Origin: a candidate division WOR-3 bacterium
Lineage (GTDB): Bacteria; Hydrothermota; Tepidihabitantia; Tepidihabitantales; Tepidihabitantaceae
Direction of reading: 5' to 3'
Assembly: GCA_965648905.1 (NCBI GenBank)
Contig: CBFGIT010000011.1
Location: 32,557-96,556, forward strand
DNA length: 64,000 bases
The notes beneath the pieces are model-generated. The model made no database searches. It saw only the letters and a program-made list of their open reading frames with translations, and was not told the origin of the DNA. Numbering within the stretch: position 1 is the stretch's first letter; each line of letters begins with the position of its first letter. Positions 1-10,597 of the stretch are shown piece by piece. The translations under genes and the position numbers were made by a program.

Positions 1-805
1 GGGGCCGGCGCCGGCGCTCGCGCTGTCGCACGTCGGCAACCCGGAAAATAGCCCTCGTGCAGCCAGCGCGCACCGCCGCGACGTCGTCCTGACTGCGCAG
101 CTTGAACTCCTCACCGCGAATCCGGGCAAGCGCCGCCTCGAATGTCTGCCCGTCGGCCCGGGCAAAGATGGCCCTGACCAGCCAGTACTCCTCGGGCTTG
201 AATGCCTGAATCTCGCGCTCGCGCTCAACCAGGAGACGAAGGGCAACCGTCTGGACTCGGCCGGCCGAGAGCCCGCCCCGCACGATCTTCCACAACAGGG
301 GCGAGACCAGATAACCGACCAGTCGGTCGAGCACCCGGCGCGCGCGGTGGGAGTTGACTTTGTTCATGTCCACTTCGGCCGGCTGGGCAAATGCCTCGTC
401 GATGCCGCGAGGCGTGATTTCGTACAGCAGGACGCGCTTGATTCGCGCGCCGTCGCCGACTTCAGCCGCGACCGAATAGGCGATCGCTTCGCCCTCGCGG
501 TCCGGGTCACAGCCGAGAAAGACAGTGCGGGCGGCCCGGGCTTCGGCTTTGAGCTCGTTGATGAGCTGAGCCTTGCCGCGGATCCGGATGTACTCCGGCT
601 CAAATCCATGTTCGATGTCAACGCCTAGTCTTGACTTGGGCAGGTCGGCGATGTGGCCGCGCGACGAAAGCACCTTCATCCGGCCATCGAGCAGCAAGCT
701 GATGGTGCGTGCCTTGGTCGGCGACTCGACAATCAGCAGGTCACGAGCCCGACTCGACCGGACCTGAGCCTCAGTTGTTCGGGCAGGCTTCTTCTTTGTC
801 CGCAT
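1..805 (-). CDS. topA: DNA topoisomerase I (5' part; runs off the window start)
   Basis: Minus-strand translation from ATG at 805: MRTKKKPA...DLLIVESPTKARTIS..., with TOPRIM/topo IA motifs SRGHIADL, DPDREGEAIAY, RRVLDRLVGY and SAGRVQTVAL. Confidence 0.93.
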   Translation of the reverse strand, partial: MRTKKKPARTTEAQVRSSRARDLLIVESPTKARTISLLLDGRMKVLSSRGHIADLPKSRLGVDIEHGFEPEYIRIRGKAQLINELKAEARAARTVFLGCDPDREGEAIAYSVAAEVGDGARIKRVLLYEITPRGIDEAFAQPAEVDMNKVNSHRARRVLDRLVGYLVSPLLWKIVRGGLSAGRVQTVALRLLVEREREIQAFKPEEYWLVRAIFARADGQTFEAALARIRGEEFKLRSQDDVAAVRAGCTRAIFRVADVRQRERRRRP

Positions 806-814
806 GGCGTGAGT

Positions 815-842
815 AGAATAGTGACGTTCCCTCTGGTGTCAA
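815..842 (-). promoter_or_regulatory. sigma70-type promoter of topA (TTGACA-16-TATTCT)
   Basis: Read on the reverse complement; -10 lies 9 nt before the ATG. Confidence 0.6.
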
Positions 843-859
843 CTGCCGGGCGCAGTTGG

Positions 860-1231
860 TCACTCCTCGATAACCACGACCGCGGCCGCGTAGTCGTCGA
901 GATGAGTGATACTCAGATGGGTCTTTCTGGTGCCGAGCAGCCGCGCCGCCCGGCCCGAGACCGCGACCGTCGGTCGCGTGCGCTCGTTGTCCCGAATCTC
1001 GATTTCGTTCCAGTTGATGGCACCGCGCAGACCGGTACCCAGTGCCTTGGCAAAAGCCTCTTTGGCGGCGAAGCGACCGGCATAGGAAAGATGACGGTGA
1101 GCCACACGCTCGCAGAACTCGACCTCCCGGGCAGTGAAGACCCGGGCCCGGAACCGCTTGGGAAACCGCTCCAGCGCCTGCCGGATGCGCTCGACCTTCA
1201 CCAGGTCGATGCCGACACCAAAGACCGGCAC
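860..1231 (-). CDS. acpS: holo-[acyl-carrier-protein] synthase
   Basis: GVGIDLV, AGRFAAKEAFAKALGTG and HLSITH motifs; 123 aa. Confidence 0.95.
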   Translation of the reverse strand: MPVFGVGIDLVKVERIRQALERFPKRFRARVFTAREVEFCERVAHRHLSYAGRFAAKEAFAKALGTGLRGAINWNEIEIRDNERTRPTVAVSGRAARLLGTRKTHLSITHLDDYAAAVVVIEE

Positions 1232-1243
1232 AGCGAGACTCGG

Positions 1244-1936
1244 CTAGCTGCCCGCGGACCGGTTCAGCCGTTCAATGACCGGAATCAGTTCCAGAATGTC
1301 CCCAATCTCGAAATCAGCGCCGGAGTGTTCGGTACCGAACGTGTCGCCGTAACGGGCGAAAACCGTATGCATCCCGATTGTCTTCGCGCCGACGATGTCA
1401 CGCTCGGCCCAGTCACCAACCATCACCGCCTCGTGCGGTGCGACCCCAAGCAGCTCGAGCGCCTTCTGGAACGGTTCCGGCGCAGGCTTGCGTTGACCGG
1501 TGTCGTCAAAGGTGACGACGACGTCGAAGAACCCGTCGACCCCAAGCGAGCAGAGCCGCATCCACGCCTGGAGCTTGGGCGCATCCGAGACCACACCCAG
1601 CACCAGCCCGTTGCGCACAAGCCGCAGCAGGGCCATCCGGACATGCGGGTACGCGACGAGCACGCCTTCTCGGCCCCGGCGATAGGCGAGGATGCCGTTG
1701 GCCAGTATCCGGTAGTCGACGTACCCGAGCACGCTCTTCAGGAACTCGTCGAACACCTGCTGAAACTCGATTCCCTTTTCGCCGTAGATTTCGTAGATTC
1801 TCTTGTGCGCCTGTTCGTGGGTCAGGTCCAGGCCGGCGTCAATCATCGCGTCGATTGCCGCGTCCACGGCCGCATCTTTCATCTTCATGAAGTCAACGAG
1901 CGTGTTGTCGACGTCGAAGACAACGGCCTTAATCAT
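1244..1936 (-). CDS. HAD-superfamily hydrolase (subfamily IA)
   Basis: Motif I FDVDNTL, KPAPEPF, MVGDWAERDIVGA; start moved to MIKAVVF. Confidence 0.9.
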   Translation of the reverse strand: MIKAVVFDVDNTLVDFMKMKDAAVDAAIDAMIDAGLDLTHEQAHKRIYEIYGEKGIEFQQVFDEFLKSVLGYVDYRILANGILAYRRGREGVLVAYPHVRMALLRLVRNGLVLGVVSDAPKLQAWMRLCSLGVDGFFDVVVTFDDTGQRKPAPEPFQKALELLGVAPHEAVMVGDWAERDIVGAKTIGMHTVFARYGDTFGTEHSGADFEIGDILELIPVIERLNRSAGS

Positions 1937-1937
1937 A

Positions 1938-2486
1938 CTACTTCTTCCGGCCCCGACGCACCTGACCGCGGTCGGGCGCACGAAACGACTGCTGCAGCCG
2001 ATGATAGGTCGCCTGCAGATGCTCGCTGATTACCTTGGTCTCGCCGATGAGCGGCATGAAGTTCACATCACCGGACCAGCGCGGCACGATGTGGACGTGC
2101 AGGTGTCCGGCCACGCCCGCGCCCGCAGGTCGGCCCAGATTCAGGCCGATGTTGAACCCCTGGGGTTTGAGCACCCGGCGCAGGACGGTAACACAGCGCT
2201 GAGTCAGTCGGAAGAGCTCTCTTCCTTCGGCTTCGGTCAACCGGTCAATCAGCGCCACATGCCGGGCCGGCGCGACCATCAGATGGCCGTTGTTGTACGG
2301 GAACCGGTTCATCATTACCAAACCGAGCCGCGAACGGAGCAGCACCAGCCGAGCTTCGTCGTCGCGGGCCGCCAGGGTCCGGCAGAACAGGCAATGCCGG
2401 GGGCCGGTTGAATCCTTGCATGGGGCAGAGTTGATGTACTCGGCGCGCCATGGCGCCCAGAGCAGCGCGGGTCGGGTCGGTCGCAT
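1938..2486 (-). CDS. HIT domain protein (Ap4A hydrolase/phosphorylase-like)
   Basis: LWAPWR N-terminus, CLFC, NRFPYNNGH and the HLHVHIVPRW histidine triad. Confidence 0.93.
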   Translation of the reverse strand: MRPTRPALLWAPWRAEYINSAPCKDSTGPRHCLFCRTLAARDDEARLVLLRSRLGLVMMNRFPYNNGHLMVAPARHVALIDRLTEAEGRELFRLTQRCVTVLRRVLKPQGFNIGLNLGRPAGAGVAGHLHVHIVPRWSGDVNFMPLIGETKVISEHLQATYHRLQQSFRAPDRGQVRRGRKK

Positions 2487-2491
2487 CGTGC

Positions 2492-3745
2492 TCAGAAAAG
2501 CCCCATCTGCTGTCCGGGTTCGACGTCCTTGAGCGCGGCCCGTGACGCGGAGTCGGGCAACACGCGCACCACGCCGAACACGCCGTCGTACCCGGCAGTT
2601 GCCCGAACCTCACCGGCCCGCATCCGTTCGACCCCGAGCGCAACCCGCTCGCCGGCGTGCCGTTCGATTTCGCTCGTCGGCGCATTGAGGAGAACCTCGA
2701 ACTCGTTGCCCAGCTCCTTGACAAGGCCCTCGTAGACCTTGTGGACCCCGGCGGTATCGCGGCCTGCGCCCAGGGCCTCGCCGATAATCTCCTCGAGCGG
2801 AACCAGGTGCTTGAACGGGATGCGGTCCGACGGTACCTCTTCCGGTCGGCGGTCGGCCAGCTCCTCGACCCGGTGCAGCACGCCGACGGTCAGTTGCCGG
2901 CCGCAGACCGGACAGAGGTTGTTGTTCAGCAGCGACTCGGCCGGCGACAGACTGATGCCGCAGGCCCGATGGCCGTCGAAGTGGTACTTGCCTTCCTCGG
3001 GAAAAAACTCGATGGTGTAGAGGAATCGGCGCTGATCCCGATCCTTGAGCGCCTGGCGCACGCCATCGTAGGTCAGCTCGCAGTCAAAGACGTTGGCCTC
3101 TCGACCCAGCCGGTTGGGCGAGTGGGCGTCCGAGTTGGAGATGAGCGCGCGGGCATCGAGTGCCGACAGCCGCCAGTTCATCGGTGGGTCGCTCGACAGC
3201 CCGGTCTCGACCGCGAAGACCTCGCCCGAGAGGTCGCCGAAGCACTCTTCAATTGTATCAAACCCGGAGTTCGAACCGTAGAGCGAGAACCACGGCGTCC
3301 AGATGTGCGCCGGAACGACGAATGCCCGCGGGTCAAGTTCGAGTACCTTGGCCAGAATATCGCGGCTTGAGACGCTGAGCGTGGGCCGGCCGTCTGAAGC
3401 CAGCTTGCCGTAGCCGTCAAGCCAGGAGGTCAGCCGGGCCGCGGTCTCGAAACTCGGAACAAAGACCATGTTGTGAATCCGGCGCAGCCGGCCGCCCGAG
3501 CTGTAGATGCTGTTCAGTTCGACGTTGAGCATGAAGTAGGTGTCGTCGTGCACGAACAGACCGTTGCCGGTCGGTTTCAGGTTCGTCTTGAGCGACTTGG
3601 CGTACTCCGGATGGGTGAAATCGCCGGTGCCGAGCAGCCTGATGCCCTTGGTTCGGGCGGCAACCGAAAGCGCCGGGATGTCCATATCCCGGCTCGTGGC
3701 GCGGGAGAACCGGGAATGAATGTGCAGGTCGGCGATGAACTGCAT
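2492..3745 (-). CDS. endonuclease Q family (PHP domain) protein
   Basis: ADLHIHSRFS, GTGDFTHP, PAHIWTPWFS, ETGLSSDP, NSDAHS, GKYHFDGHRAC and CPVCG; start MQFIAD chosen from promoter position. Confidence 0.88.
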   Translation of the reverse strand: MQFIADLHIHSRFSRATSRDMDIPALSVAARTKGIRLLGTGDFTHPEYAKSLKTNLKPTGNGLFVHDDTYFMLNVELNSIYSSGGRLRRIHNMVFVPSFETAARLTSWLDGYGKLASDGRPTLSVSSRDILAKVLELDPRAFVVPAHIWTPWFSLYGSNSGFDTIEECFGDLSGEVFAVETGLSSDPPMNWRLSALDARALISNSDAHSPNRLGREANVFDCELTYDGVRQALKDRDQRRFLYTIEFFPEEGKYHFDGHRACGISLSPAESLLNNNLCPVCGRQLTVGVLHRVEELADRRPEEVPSDRIPFKHLVPLEEIIGEALGAGRDTAGVHKVYEGLVKELGNEFEVLLNAPTSEIERHAGERVALGVERMRAGEVRATAGYDGVFGVVRVLPDSASRAALKDVEPGQQMGLF

Positions 3746-3752
3746 CTTCGCC

Positions 3753-3780
3753 ATTCTAGCCGCCCTGCGCCTCAAGTCAA
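3753..3780 (-). promoter_or_regulatory. sigma70-type promoter (TTGACT-16-TAGAAT), probably leaderless
   Basis: -10 ends 7 nt before the ATG at 3745. Confidence 0.65.
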
Positions 3781-3793
3781 AGAACGAACCCGA

Positions 3794-4537
3794 CTAGCGG
3801 GCGACAACCATCATTCTCGTGGTGTACGGGCCGGGCGCAATGAAACTGCCGTGTTGGTAGAAGTACGTCTCCCGGAACCCGGCGGCACGCAGACTGCGCT
3901 CGACCTCTTCCTGATGATAGGCCCGCTCCTGATGCAGCTCCTCGAACCTCTCCGCGCACTGCTTCCTGGACGAATCCCAGAACGTCAGGTGCAGCGAAGA
4001 GACGCGCGTTTCCGGGTCGTAGGTGTTGTGCCAGACCGACTGAATCCCGCCGGTCTCGCGCATTGTCGTCCGATTACCCCAGAACTCAGCCAAGCCGTAG
4101 ACCGTGTTCATATCAAAGGCGAAAAGACCGGCTTCGGACAGGGCCCGGCGCACGCAGGTAAAACACCGCACCATGTCCTCTTCAACCAGAAGATAGTTGA
4201 TGCTGTCGTAGAGACTGACCGCGGCGTCGAACCGGTCGCCAACGCTGAAATCCCGGATGTCAGCCTGCACCGTCCGAATCGGCAGTTCGCCCCGCTTCTT
4301 GGCAAGGACTTCAAGCATCTCGGGCGAACGGTCCACGCCCGTGACCCGGTACCCGCGCCGGGCCAGAAGCACGGCCGGAATTCCTGTGCCGCAGGCAACA
4401 TCGAGCACGGTCTTCGGTTGCACGCCGAACCGGCGGAACAACTTTTCCAAGTAGTCAATCCACCCCTTGTAGTCAACGTACTTGAGCATGAAACGGTCGT
4501 AGTAGAACGCGAACCGGCTGAACGGGTCTCGGACCAT
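3794..4537 (-). CDS. class I SAM-dependent methyltransferase
   Basis: VLDVACGTG motif I, GVDRSPEML, DSINYL; start MVRDPF. Confidence 0.9.
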   Translation of the reverse strand: MVRDPFSRFAFYYDRFMLKYVDYKGWIDYLEKLFRRFGVQPKTVLDVACGTGIPAVLLARRGYRVTGVDRSPEMLEVLAKKRGELPIRTVQADIRDFSVGDRFDAAVSLYDSINYLLVEEDMVRCFTCVRRALSEAGLFAFDMNTVYGLAEFWGNRTTMRETGGIQSVWHNTYDPETRVSSLHLTFWDSSRKQCAERFEELHQERAYHQEEVERSLRAAGFRETYFYQHGSFIAPGPYTTRMMVVAR

Positions 4538-4547
4538 GGGTATGGTC

Positions 4548-4575
4548 AATATAGACCGTGCCGGCCAGAAGTCAA
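4548..4575 (-). promoter_or_regulatory. sigma70-type promoter (TTGACT-16-TATATT)
   Basis: -10 lies 10 nt before the ATG at 4537. Confidence 0.55.
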
Positions 4576-4637
4576 CTGCCCGGTCGCGTTTCCGACCCGC
4601 GTGCGCGCTGCCCTGCTCTGTTCTGCAGCATCCGCAT

Positions 4638-4665
4638 TTGACACGCCACAGCCCCGGAGTATCAT
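4638..4665 (+). promoter_or_regulatory. sigma70-type promoter (TTGACA-16-TATCAT)
   Basis: Upstream of an RBS-like AAAGGAAG and GTG at 4701. Confidence 0.6.
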
Positions 4666-4700
4666 CACGGCTGACCGCGAAGACAAGAAAGGAAGTCGAT

Positions 4701-6011
4701 GTGAAGTACTGCGTGCTGATGCTGTTTGTTCTGAGCTTGGCTGCGTCCCCGGCCCCAGGCCAGTGGTTCGAAACGACCGTTCCGGCCGACAGTTGGCCGT
4801 TCGCCCTCTGCCACAACCCGCAAGACGACAGAGTCTACTGCGCCAACTGGGGTGGCGGCAATGTCACGGTGATTGATGGAGCGACCAATGCCGTGGTAAC
4901 GACCGTTGCCACCGGCGCTCAGGCGCGTGCCGTCATCTACAGCCCGACAAACAACAAAGTCCTCTGCCTCAATGAGGAGGCAAGGAACCTGAGCGTGATT
5001 GACGGCGAGACCAACGTCGTCGTTGCCAGCGAGAGCCTGGGCATGAGGCCGTGGGACGGTGTTCGCTGCCCGGCAAACGACCGGCTCTATGTCATTGGCC
5101 GCAACCCGAACCGAATCGCTGTAGTGAATTGCCAGACTTACACGGTTGAGACGAGCATCACGCTCGCGCAGGGACCCTATGGCATCTGCTACGACTCAAC
5201 CGACAACCGGGTCTATGTCGCCACGCGGGACGACAGCACGGTTACTGCTATCGACTGCGCAACCAACACGGTCATCGCCACAGTGAGGGTCGGACCAGCG
5301 CCGAACAGACTCTGCTGGAACTCGCGCGAGAACCGGGTCTACACCGCAACGGCCGAAGCGCTCGACTCGACGGTCTCGGTGATCGACTGTGCCTCCAACT
5401 CCGTGGTCGCCACGCTCAAGCCATGTCGGTACCCGCACCGCGTGACCTACGACCCGGTGCAGAGCCGGGTCTATGTCAGCAGCTTCTCCGACAGCCGGGT
5501 GGTGGTGATTGACGGCGCAACGAACCAGGTCATCGCGGCGGTACCGGTTCCCGGTCTGCCTGAAGGCGGCTGTGCCGTACCCGAACTCGGCTACGTGTTC
5601 ATCGCCGTGCGCAGCGACTCCGTGCTTGCATTTGATGTCGCCACGGCCAGCATCGCTGCCCGGGTCGGGGTCGGACGCGGCCCCTCGTCGCTCGTCTACA
5701 ATCCGATTGACAACCGCGTCTACACGACCGACTTCTACGGCGCGACTGTGTCTATCCTCCGGGCCTCAGGCGGTGTTGAGGAAACGCCGAAGGCCGAGAG
5801 CCGAATGTCGAGCCGCAGTCCTGCCATCGTCCGCAGTGTTCTCCATCTGCAATCTGAGGTCGCATTGCTGGATGTCAACGGCCGCAAGGTCCTCGACCTG
5901 CGCCCCGGCCCGAACGACGTTTCGTGTCTCGCGCCCGGGGTCTACTTCATACGGCATACCACGACAAGAGCTCGAGCCCAAGCTGTGAGCAAAACAGTCA
6001 TAGCGAGGTAA
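4701..6011 (+). CDS. secreted YncE/YVTN beta-propeller protein with T9SS-like C-terminal domain
   Basis: Signal peptide after GTG at 4701; repeated RVYxA...VxVIDxATNxVxATV; C-terminus LLDVNGRKVLDLRPGPNDVSCLAPGVYF. Confidence 0.85.
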   Translation: MKYCVLMLFVLSLAASPAPGQWFETTVPADSWPFALCHNPQDDRVYCANWGGGNVTVIDGATNAVVTTVATGAQARAVIYSPTNNKVLCLNEEARNLSVIDGETNVVVASESLGMRPWDGVRCPANDRLYVIGRNPNRIAVVNCQTYTVETSITLAQGPYGICYDSTDNRVYVATRDDSTVTAIDCATNTVIATVRVGPAPNRLCWNSRENRVYTATAEALDSTVSVIDCASNSVVATLKPCRYPHRVTYDPVQSRVYVSSFSDSRVVVIDGATNQVIAAVPVPGLPEGGCAVPELGYVFIAVRSDSVLAFDVATASIAARVGVGRGPSSLVYNPIDNRVYTTDFYGATVSILRASGGVEETPKAESRMSSRSPAIVRSVLHLQSEVALLDVNGRKVLDLRPGPNDVSCLAPGVYFIRHTTTRARAQAVSKTVIAR

Positions 6012-6017
6012 GAGAGC

Positions 6018-7241
6018 GTGAAGCGGCCCGCGACCGCCATGTTCTGCCTGTTCGTCGCCTCGGCTGCGGCCGCGCCTGGCTGGCACCAGGTCAGCTTCCC
6101 TTTCCAGGTCAATACGGTCGCGGTGGCGAGTGACAGCGAGGCGTGGGCCGCAGGCACAGCCGCAAGCTACCTTTCCGGCTTCTTCCATTGGGACGGAGGC
6201 AACTGGACGCTCGCTGACACGTTCCGCAACCAACTGGTCTACGACATCTGCTATGCTGGCTCCGATGTATGGGCCGTGGGTGAGCAGTTCAACTTCCCGG
6301 ACGGGTGCGTGTATCGATGGAACGGCGAGCACTGGCAGCAGCAGGCCGACCCGTACGACCGCGCCCTGCAGGCGGTTGCGTTTTCCGACTCCGCGCACGG
6401 ATACGCGGCGGGTGCCGCGCCGGTCACGCAACACCCGGTGGTGAAGTACGCCGACGGTGAATGGCGTCTGGACTCCGCGCTGACCACGCGGAGAATCATC
6501 TGCGGCCTTGCCTCGCCGTGGTACGGCAAGTGCTACGCGGTCGGTGACTCAGGCGCGATATTCCTCTATGACTACGGCACGTGGAAGCAGAAGACAAGCC
6601 CCACGACCCGTGTCCTGCGCCGAGTGGCGATGTGCTCGAACACCGAAGGCTGGGCCGTCGGCGACGGCGGCACCATCCTGCGCTGCTTCAAGGATTCCTG
6701 GACCCTCACGCCGTCGCCTACCACGCGCAACCTCCGCGGCCTTGCCATCGCCGGCACCGGCGACGAAGCGTGGGCGGTCGGCGACTCGGGCACGATTCTC
6801 CACTGCGTTCAGGACTCGTGGCGGCTCGACCCGTTCGTACCGGACCCGACCGACGCGACGCTCTACACGGCTTCGTTCAACTCCGGTACCCACGGCTGGG
6901 CCTTCGGGTACAAGACCTTTGGCGCGCGCGTCGCGCTCCACTACTACGACCCGCTCGGAACCGAAGAAGCGCCAGACGCCGAGCACCGTACTGTCCGACT
7001 GGGGACATTGGGGCCGACGCCGAACCGCGGCGCCACCATCGTCCACGGCATGCTCAATCTGCAATCTGCAACCTGCAGTCTGCACTCTGAAGTGGTTCTG
7101 CTCGACATCTCTGGTCGTAAAGTGCTGGACCTTGAGCCCGGCCCGAACGACGTCTCCCACCTTACGCCCGGGGTGTACTTCCTGCGGTCAACTAGTGCCG
7201 GACAGCGGTCAGCGGTCGCCAAGGTCGTGCTCCAGCGTTAG
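6018..7241 (+). CDS. secreted beta-propeller/BNR-like repeat protein with T9SS-like C-terminal domain
   Basis: Signal peptide; repeated WAVGDxGTIL...W; same C-terminal domain. Confidence 0.82.
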   Translation: MKRPATAMFCLFVASAAAAPGWHQVSFPFQVNTVAVASDSEAWAAGTAASYLSGFFHWDGGNWTLADTFRNQLVYDICYAGSDVWAVGEQFNFPDGCVYRWNGEHWQQQADPYDRALQAVAFSDSAHGYAAGAAPVTQHPVVKYADGEWRLDSALTTRRIICGLASPWYGKCYAVGDSGAIFLYDYGTWKQKTSPTTRVLRRVAMCSNTEGWAVGDGGTILRCFKDSWTLTPSPTTRNLRGLAIAGTGDEAWAVGDSGTILHCVQDSWRLDPFVPDPTDATLYTASFNSGTHGWAFGYKTFGARVALHYYDPLGTEEAPDAEHRTVRLGTLGPTPNRGATIVHGMLNLQSATCSLHSEVVLLDISGRKVLDLEPGPNDVSHLTPGVYFLRSTSAGQRSAVAKVVLQR

Positions 7242-7885
7242 CGCCGAGGACCGACCGGCTGAACGATTGTTGTCTGGTTTTCACTGCTCATACCATCGGC
7301 TGGGACGTAAGCAGCATTCAGCTCCAAAGCTAAAGCCGGACAGCACGCCGAGGCAGTCGCCGGCCTGACCGCACAGCCCCCGGGCAGACCAACTGCCTGA
7401 TTGTCGGCCCGTGTCTCCGCTTGAGCGTGCGTCCGCGGCAGCGCACAAGACCTGACCTGAAGCAGCACTCCCGGTAACGCCCGAAGAGACGTCTGCGGCA
7501 TTGCGCGCGGCACGACGTCAGGCAGAAACACAACAGACGTGCCTTTGGTTGCAACACTCAAGGCATGTGCACAGAGCATATGGGAGACCGGGGAGGACTT
7601 GACATTGCCGGCACTGTAACATCATCACCGGCAAGAACTTAGACCAATTCCGACCCCATCGGCCAAGTATAAGGAGTGCCATAATCATGAATCGTGCAGG
7701 CCGTCGCCTTCGCGAAACCCTTGCTGCTCGCAACTGGCCATTGGCACCTGGCCATTGGGCATTCCCGACACAAGCGGGCCGCAGATTGCCTCGGACATCA
7801 AGTACCGGCCTGCCCCAAAATTGACAGACGCCTGTGTCCGGGTGTAACATGGTGTCGGTCCATGACGGCACAAGAGGAGGCCAAA

Positions 7886-10582
7886 ATGTATCGAGCCGCT
7901 GTGTTCGCAACAATCGTAGTGCTGTCCGCTTTCCTGCCGCTTGAGGCAGCAGAGCCGGCTTACGGGCCGAGCCGAAGGGGAAGCGTCTGTCAGTTGTTGA
8001 AGCAACGCCTGCCCCCCTGGTATCCTGCCTGGCCAAGCGAGGCAACCGGTCGAGCACGTCCGCGGTCAGGCCCGAAGGCAGAGCCGGCAGGCCGGTTCGG
8101 CGATGCGTTCATGATTGACACCGGACTGGTGCTCGGCCCGGCGATGGGCAGCCAGCATTCGTACGGCGTAGCATCGAACGGTGAGGGTTGGTTGGTAATG
8201 TGGAATGATACCAGGGACTATTCCATGCGGACCGCACGCGTCGGGCCAGACTGCTCGCTGCGTGACACGAACGGAGTCATCATCGGCCATTCCCAGTCGT
8301 ACACAACCGGCATTACCCGGGCTTTGGCCGGGACCGGGCCCGGTTTCATTGCGGTCTGGGTTGGCGGCGACCCATGGATGGGTGATGTCTGGGCCGCGCG
8401 GCTCGACTCAACCGGCAGACCGATTGATTCCTTCCTTGTCTATGAGGCAGACTTCAGGCAGCAGCAGGCAGCACTTGCTTTTGACGGCGACTCGGTCTGT
8501 CTGGTGGTCTGGTCCGCAGACGCGGGCGAGTATCTGTCCAATATCTATGCCGCGCGGGTGACAACGAGCGGCCGCGTGCTCGACCCGGAGCCGTTCCCGG
8601 TGGCGCAGCAGCCCGACCTGGACGAATCCGGCCCTGCAGTCGCGTACGGCAACGGGGTATTTCTTGTGGCGTGGCAGCAGTTCGACACGGTCAACTACGA
8701 GGCTCATGTCAAGGCAATCCGGGTCTCGCGCTCCGGCACTCTGCTCGACACTGCCTTCTTCCTGCATCGCGACCCTGGGATGATGCAGGCCTACCCGGCC
8801 CTCGCCTTCGGCGACACCTGTTTCCTTGCGACCTGGGCCGAGGGTTGGGATGAGCCGGACGTGTACGCGGCCCGGGTCACTGGGTCCGGCCGCATACTTG
8901 ACCCGGAAGGCGTGCGGCTGAGCAACACCACCAACTACGACCTGTTCCCGTCCGCAGCCTTCGACGGCAACCGTTACCTTGTCGCCTGGACCGAGCTGGA
9001 CTGGACCAGCGACCAGGTCGAGCTGCGCGCTCGGCGTGTGACCACAGCCGGTGTACCCCTTGACTCCGGACTCATCCGGGTGTCAGTCGGCGGCCGCATG
9101 TGTTTCTTCCCCAGCGTGGCTGCGGACCGTGCGAACTACCTTATCGGTTTCGACACTGAGGACACGCTGACCGGTGACGGTGACGTCTGCTGTGCGCGCA
9201 TCAACTTCTCCGGCGTGGTCCTTGACACCGGCCTGCTCCTGCCCCTGGGCGGACAGGAGCAGTTCGGCCCGCGTGGAGCTTTTGACGGCGAGAACTTCCT
9301 CGCGGCGTGGCTGGAGTCGAGCAAAGACGGCTATCGGATTGAAGGCGCCCGGGTGCGTCCGGACCGCACGGTGCTTGACCCAACCGGGTTTGCGGTCTGC
9401 GATGCGGCCGGATACAAGTACAGTCTCGCGGCCGGGACTGCGGACTCACTCATGCTCGTCGCGTGGGCCGACCAGCGGAATGGCGAAGACGACATCTACT
9501 GCGCCCGGGTGACGCGCGACGGCAGGTCGCTTGACCTGGACGGCATCGTGGTCTGTGACGAAATGGGCTACGAGGGAACACCCGGCGTCGGGTCTGACGG
9601 CTCGAACTTTCTTGTCGTCTGGCAGGACTATCGGAATGGGTGGGACTACGACATCTACGCGGCCCGGATCAGACCTGATGGAACCGTACTCGACCCGGAC
9701 GGGTTCGCGGTCACGGCCGACACCAACAACGCAACCAATCCGGCTGTCAGCTTCACGGGCAGCAACTATTTAGTGGTCTGGGAAGAATCGAATCAGACAA
9801 CCTGGGAAACGGATATCTACGGTGCGCTTGTCAGCCCGGCCGGGACGATTACCAGACCGCGATTCCCTGTTAGCGTCGGAAACGGTGACCGGCGGATGCC
9901 GACCGTCGCCCGCGGGCCGGACAACCTGCTTGTTGCGTGGCAGGACAGTCGCATCTCCGGCGGAAGCGACATCTACGCGACCCGGATGCGGCCCGACGGC
10001 ACCGTGCTCGACCCGAACGGCCGCCGGATCGCCTGGACCAGCTACTACGAAGAGATGCCGCGCGCGGTGTTCAGCAACGGCAACTTCCTTCTGCTCTGGC
10101 GATGCTCGGGCACGGACACCGCGTTCGTTGCCGGTGCTGAAGTGGACACGGCCGGCAACGTCGTGCGTCGGTTTGAACTTACGGACCTGCCGCCGATGTA
10201 CGGGTTCGATGTGGTGGCAGGGACCGGTTCGGAACCGCTGCTCCTGTTCGACTGCTGGACCGACACCGCGTACGGCCGGACGTACGACAACCAGCGGGTC
10301 TGGGGCAGATTCGGCCCGTTCATCGGCCTGGCCGAAGCCCCTGCGCCGCACGCCATGCGTCGCCCGCCCGGCCCGACCATCCTCCGCGGTATCCTCAATC
10401 TGCAATCTGCAACTTGCAATCTGCACTCTGAAACGGTCCTGCTCGACATCTCTGGTCGGAAGGTGCTCGACCTCGCGCCCGGTCCGAACGACGTGTCGCG
10501 CCTTGCAGCCGGTGTCTATTTCCTCGACACACCGGGATCCGAAAGGCCATCACCAACTGGCAAAGTGGTAATACTAGAATGA
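7886..10582 (+). CDS. large secreted repeat protein with T9SS-like C-terminal domain
   Basis: RBS GAGGAGG before ATG at 7886; signal peptide; repeats FDGxNxLVxW..DIYxARV..G.VLDP.G; C-terminal domain. Confidence 0.85.
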   Translation: MYRAAVFATIVVLSAFLPLEAAEPAYGPSRRGSVCQLLKQRLPPWYPAWPSEATGRARPRSGPKAEPAGRFGDAFMIDTGLVLGPAMGSQHSYGVASNGEGWLVMWNDTRDYSMRTARVGPDCSLRDTNGVIIGHSQSYTTGITRALAGTGPGFIAVWVGGDPWMGDVWAARLDSTGRPIDSFLVYEADFRQQQAALAFDGDSVCLVVWSADAGEYLSNIYAARVTTSGRVLDPEPFPVAQQPDLDESGPAVAYGNGVFLVAWQQFDTVNYEAHVKAIRVSRSGTLLDTAFFLHRDPGMMQAYPALAFGDTCFLATWAEGWDEPDVYAARVTGSGRILDPEGVRLSNTTNYDLFPSAAFDGNRYLVAWTELDWTSDQVELRARRVTTAGVPLDSGLIRVSVGGRMCFFPSVAADRANYLIGFDTEDTLTGDGDVCCARINFSGVVLDTGLLLPLGGQEQFGPRGAFDGENFLAAWLESSKDGYRIEGARVRPDRTVLDPTGFAVCDAAGYKYSLAAGTADSLMLVAWADQRNGEDDIYCARVTRDGRSLDLDGIVVCDEMGYEGTPGVGSDGSNFLVVWQDYRNGWDYDIYAARIRPDGTVLDPDGFAVTADTNNATNPAVSFTGSNYLVVWEESNQTTWETDIYGALVSPAGTITRPRFPVSVGNGDRRMPTVARGPDNLLVAWQDSRISGGSDIYATRMRPDGTVLDPNGRRIAWTSYYEEMPRAVFSNGNFLLLWRCSGTDTAFVAGAEVDTAGNVVRRFELTDLPPMYGFDVVAGTGSEPLLLFDCWTDTAYGRTYDNQRVWGRFGPFIGLAEAPAPHAMRRPPGPTILRGILNLQSATCNLHSETVLLDISGRKVLDLAPGPNDVSRLAAGVYFLDTPGSERPSPTGKVVILE

Positions 10583-10597
10583 ATTAGGGAGGAAATC

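Noticed and set aside
653..2029. 458-aa plus-strand ORF, and similar long ORFs at 3473-4876, 31873-33642 and 61064-61969
   Set aside because: Antisense shadows of recognisable genes; long open frames are expected in GC-rich DNA and they have no motifs.
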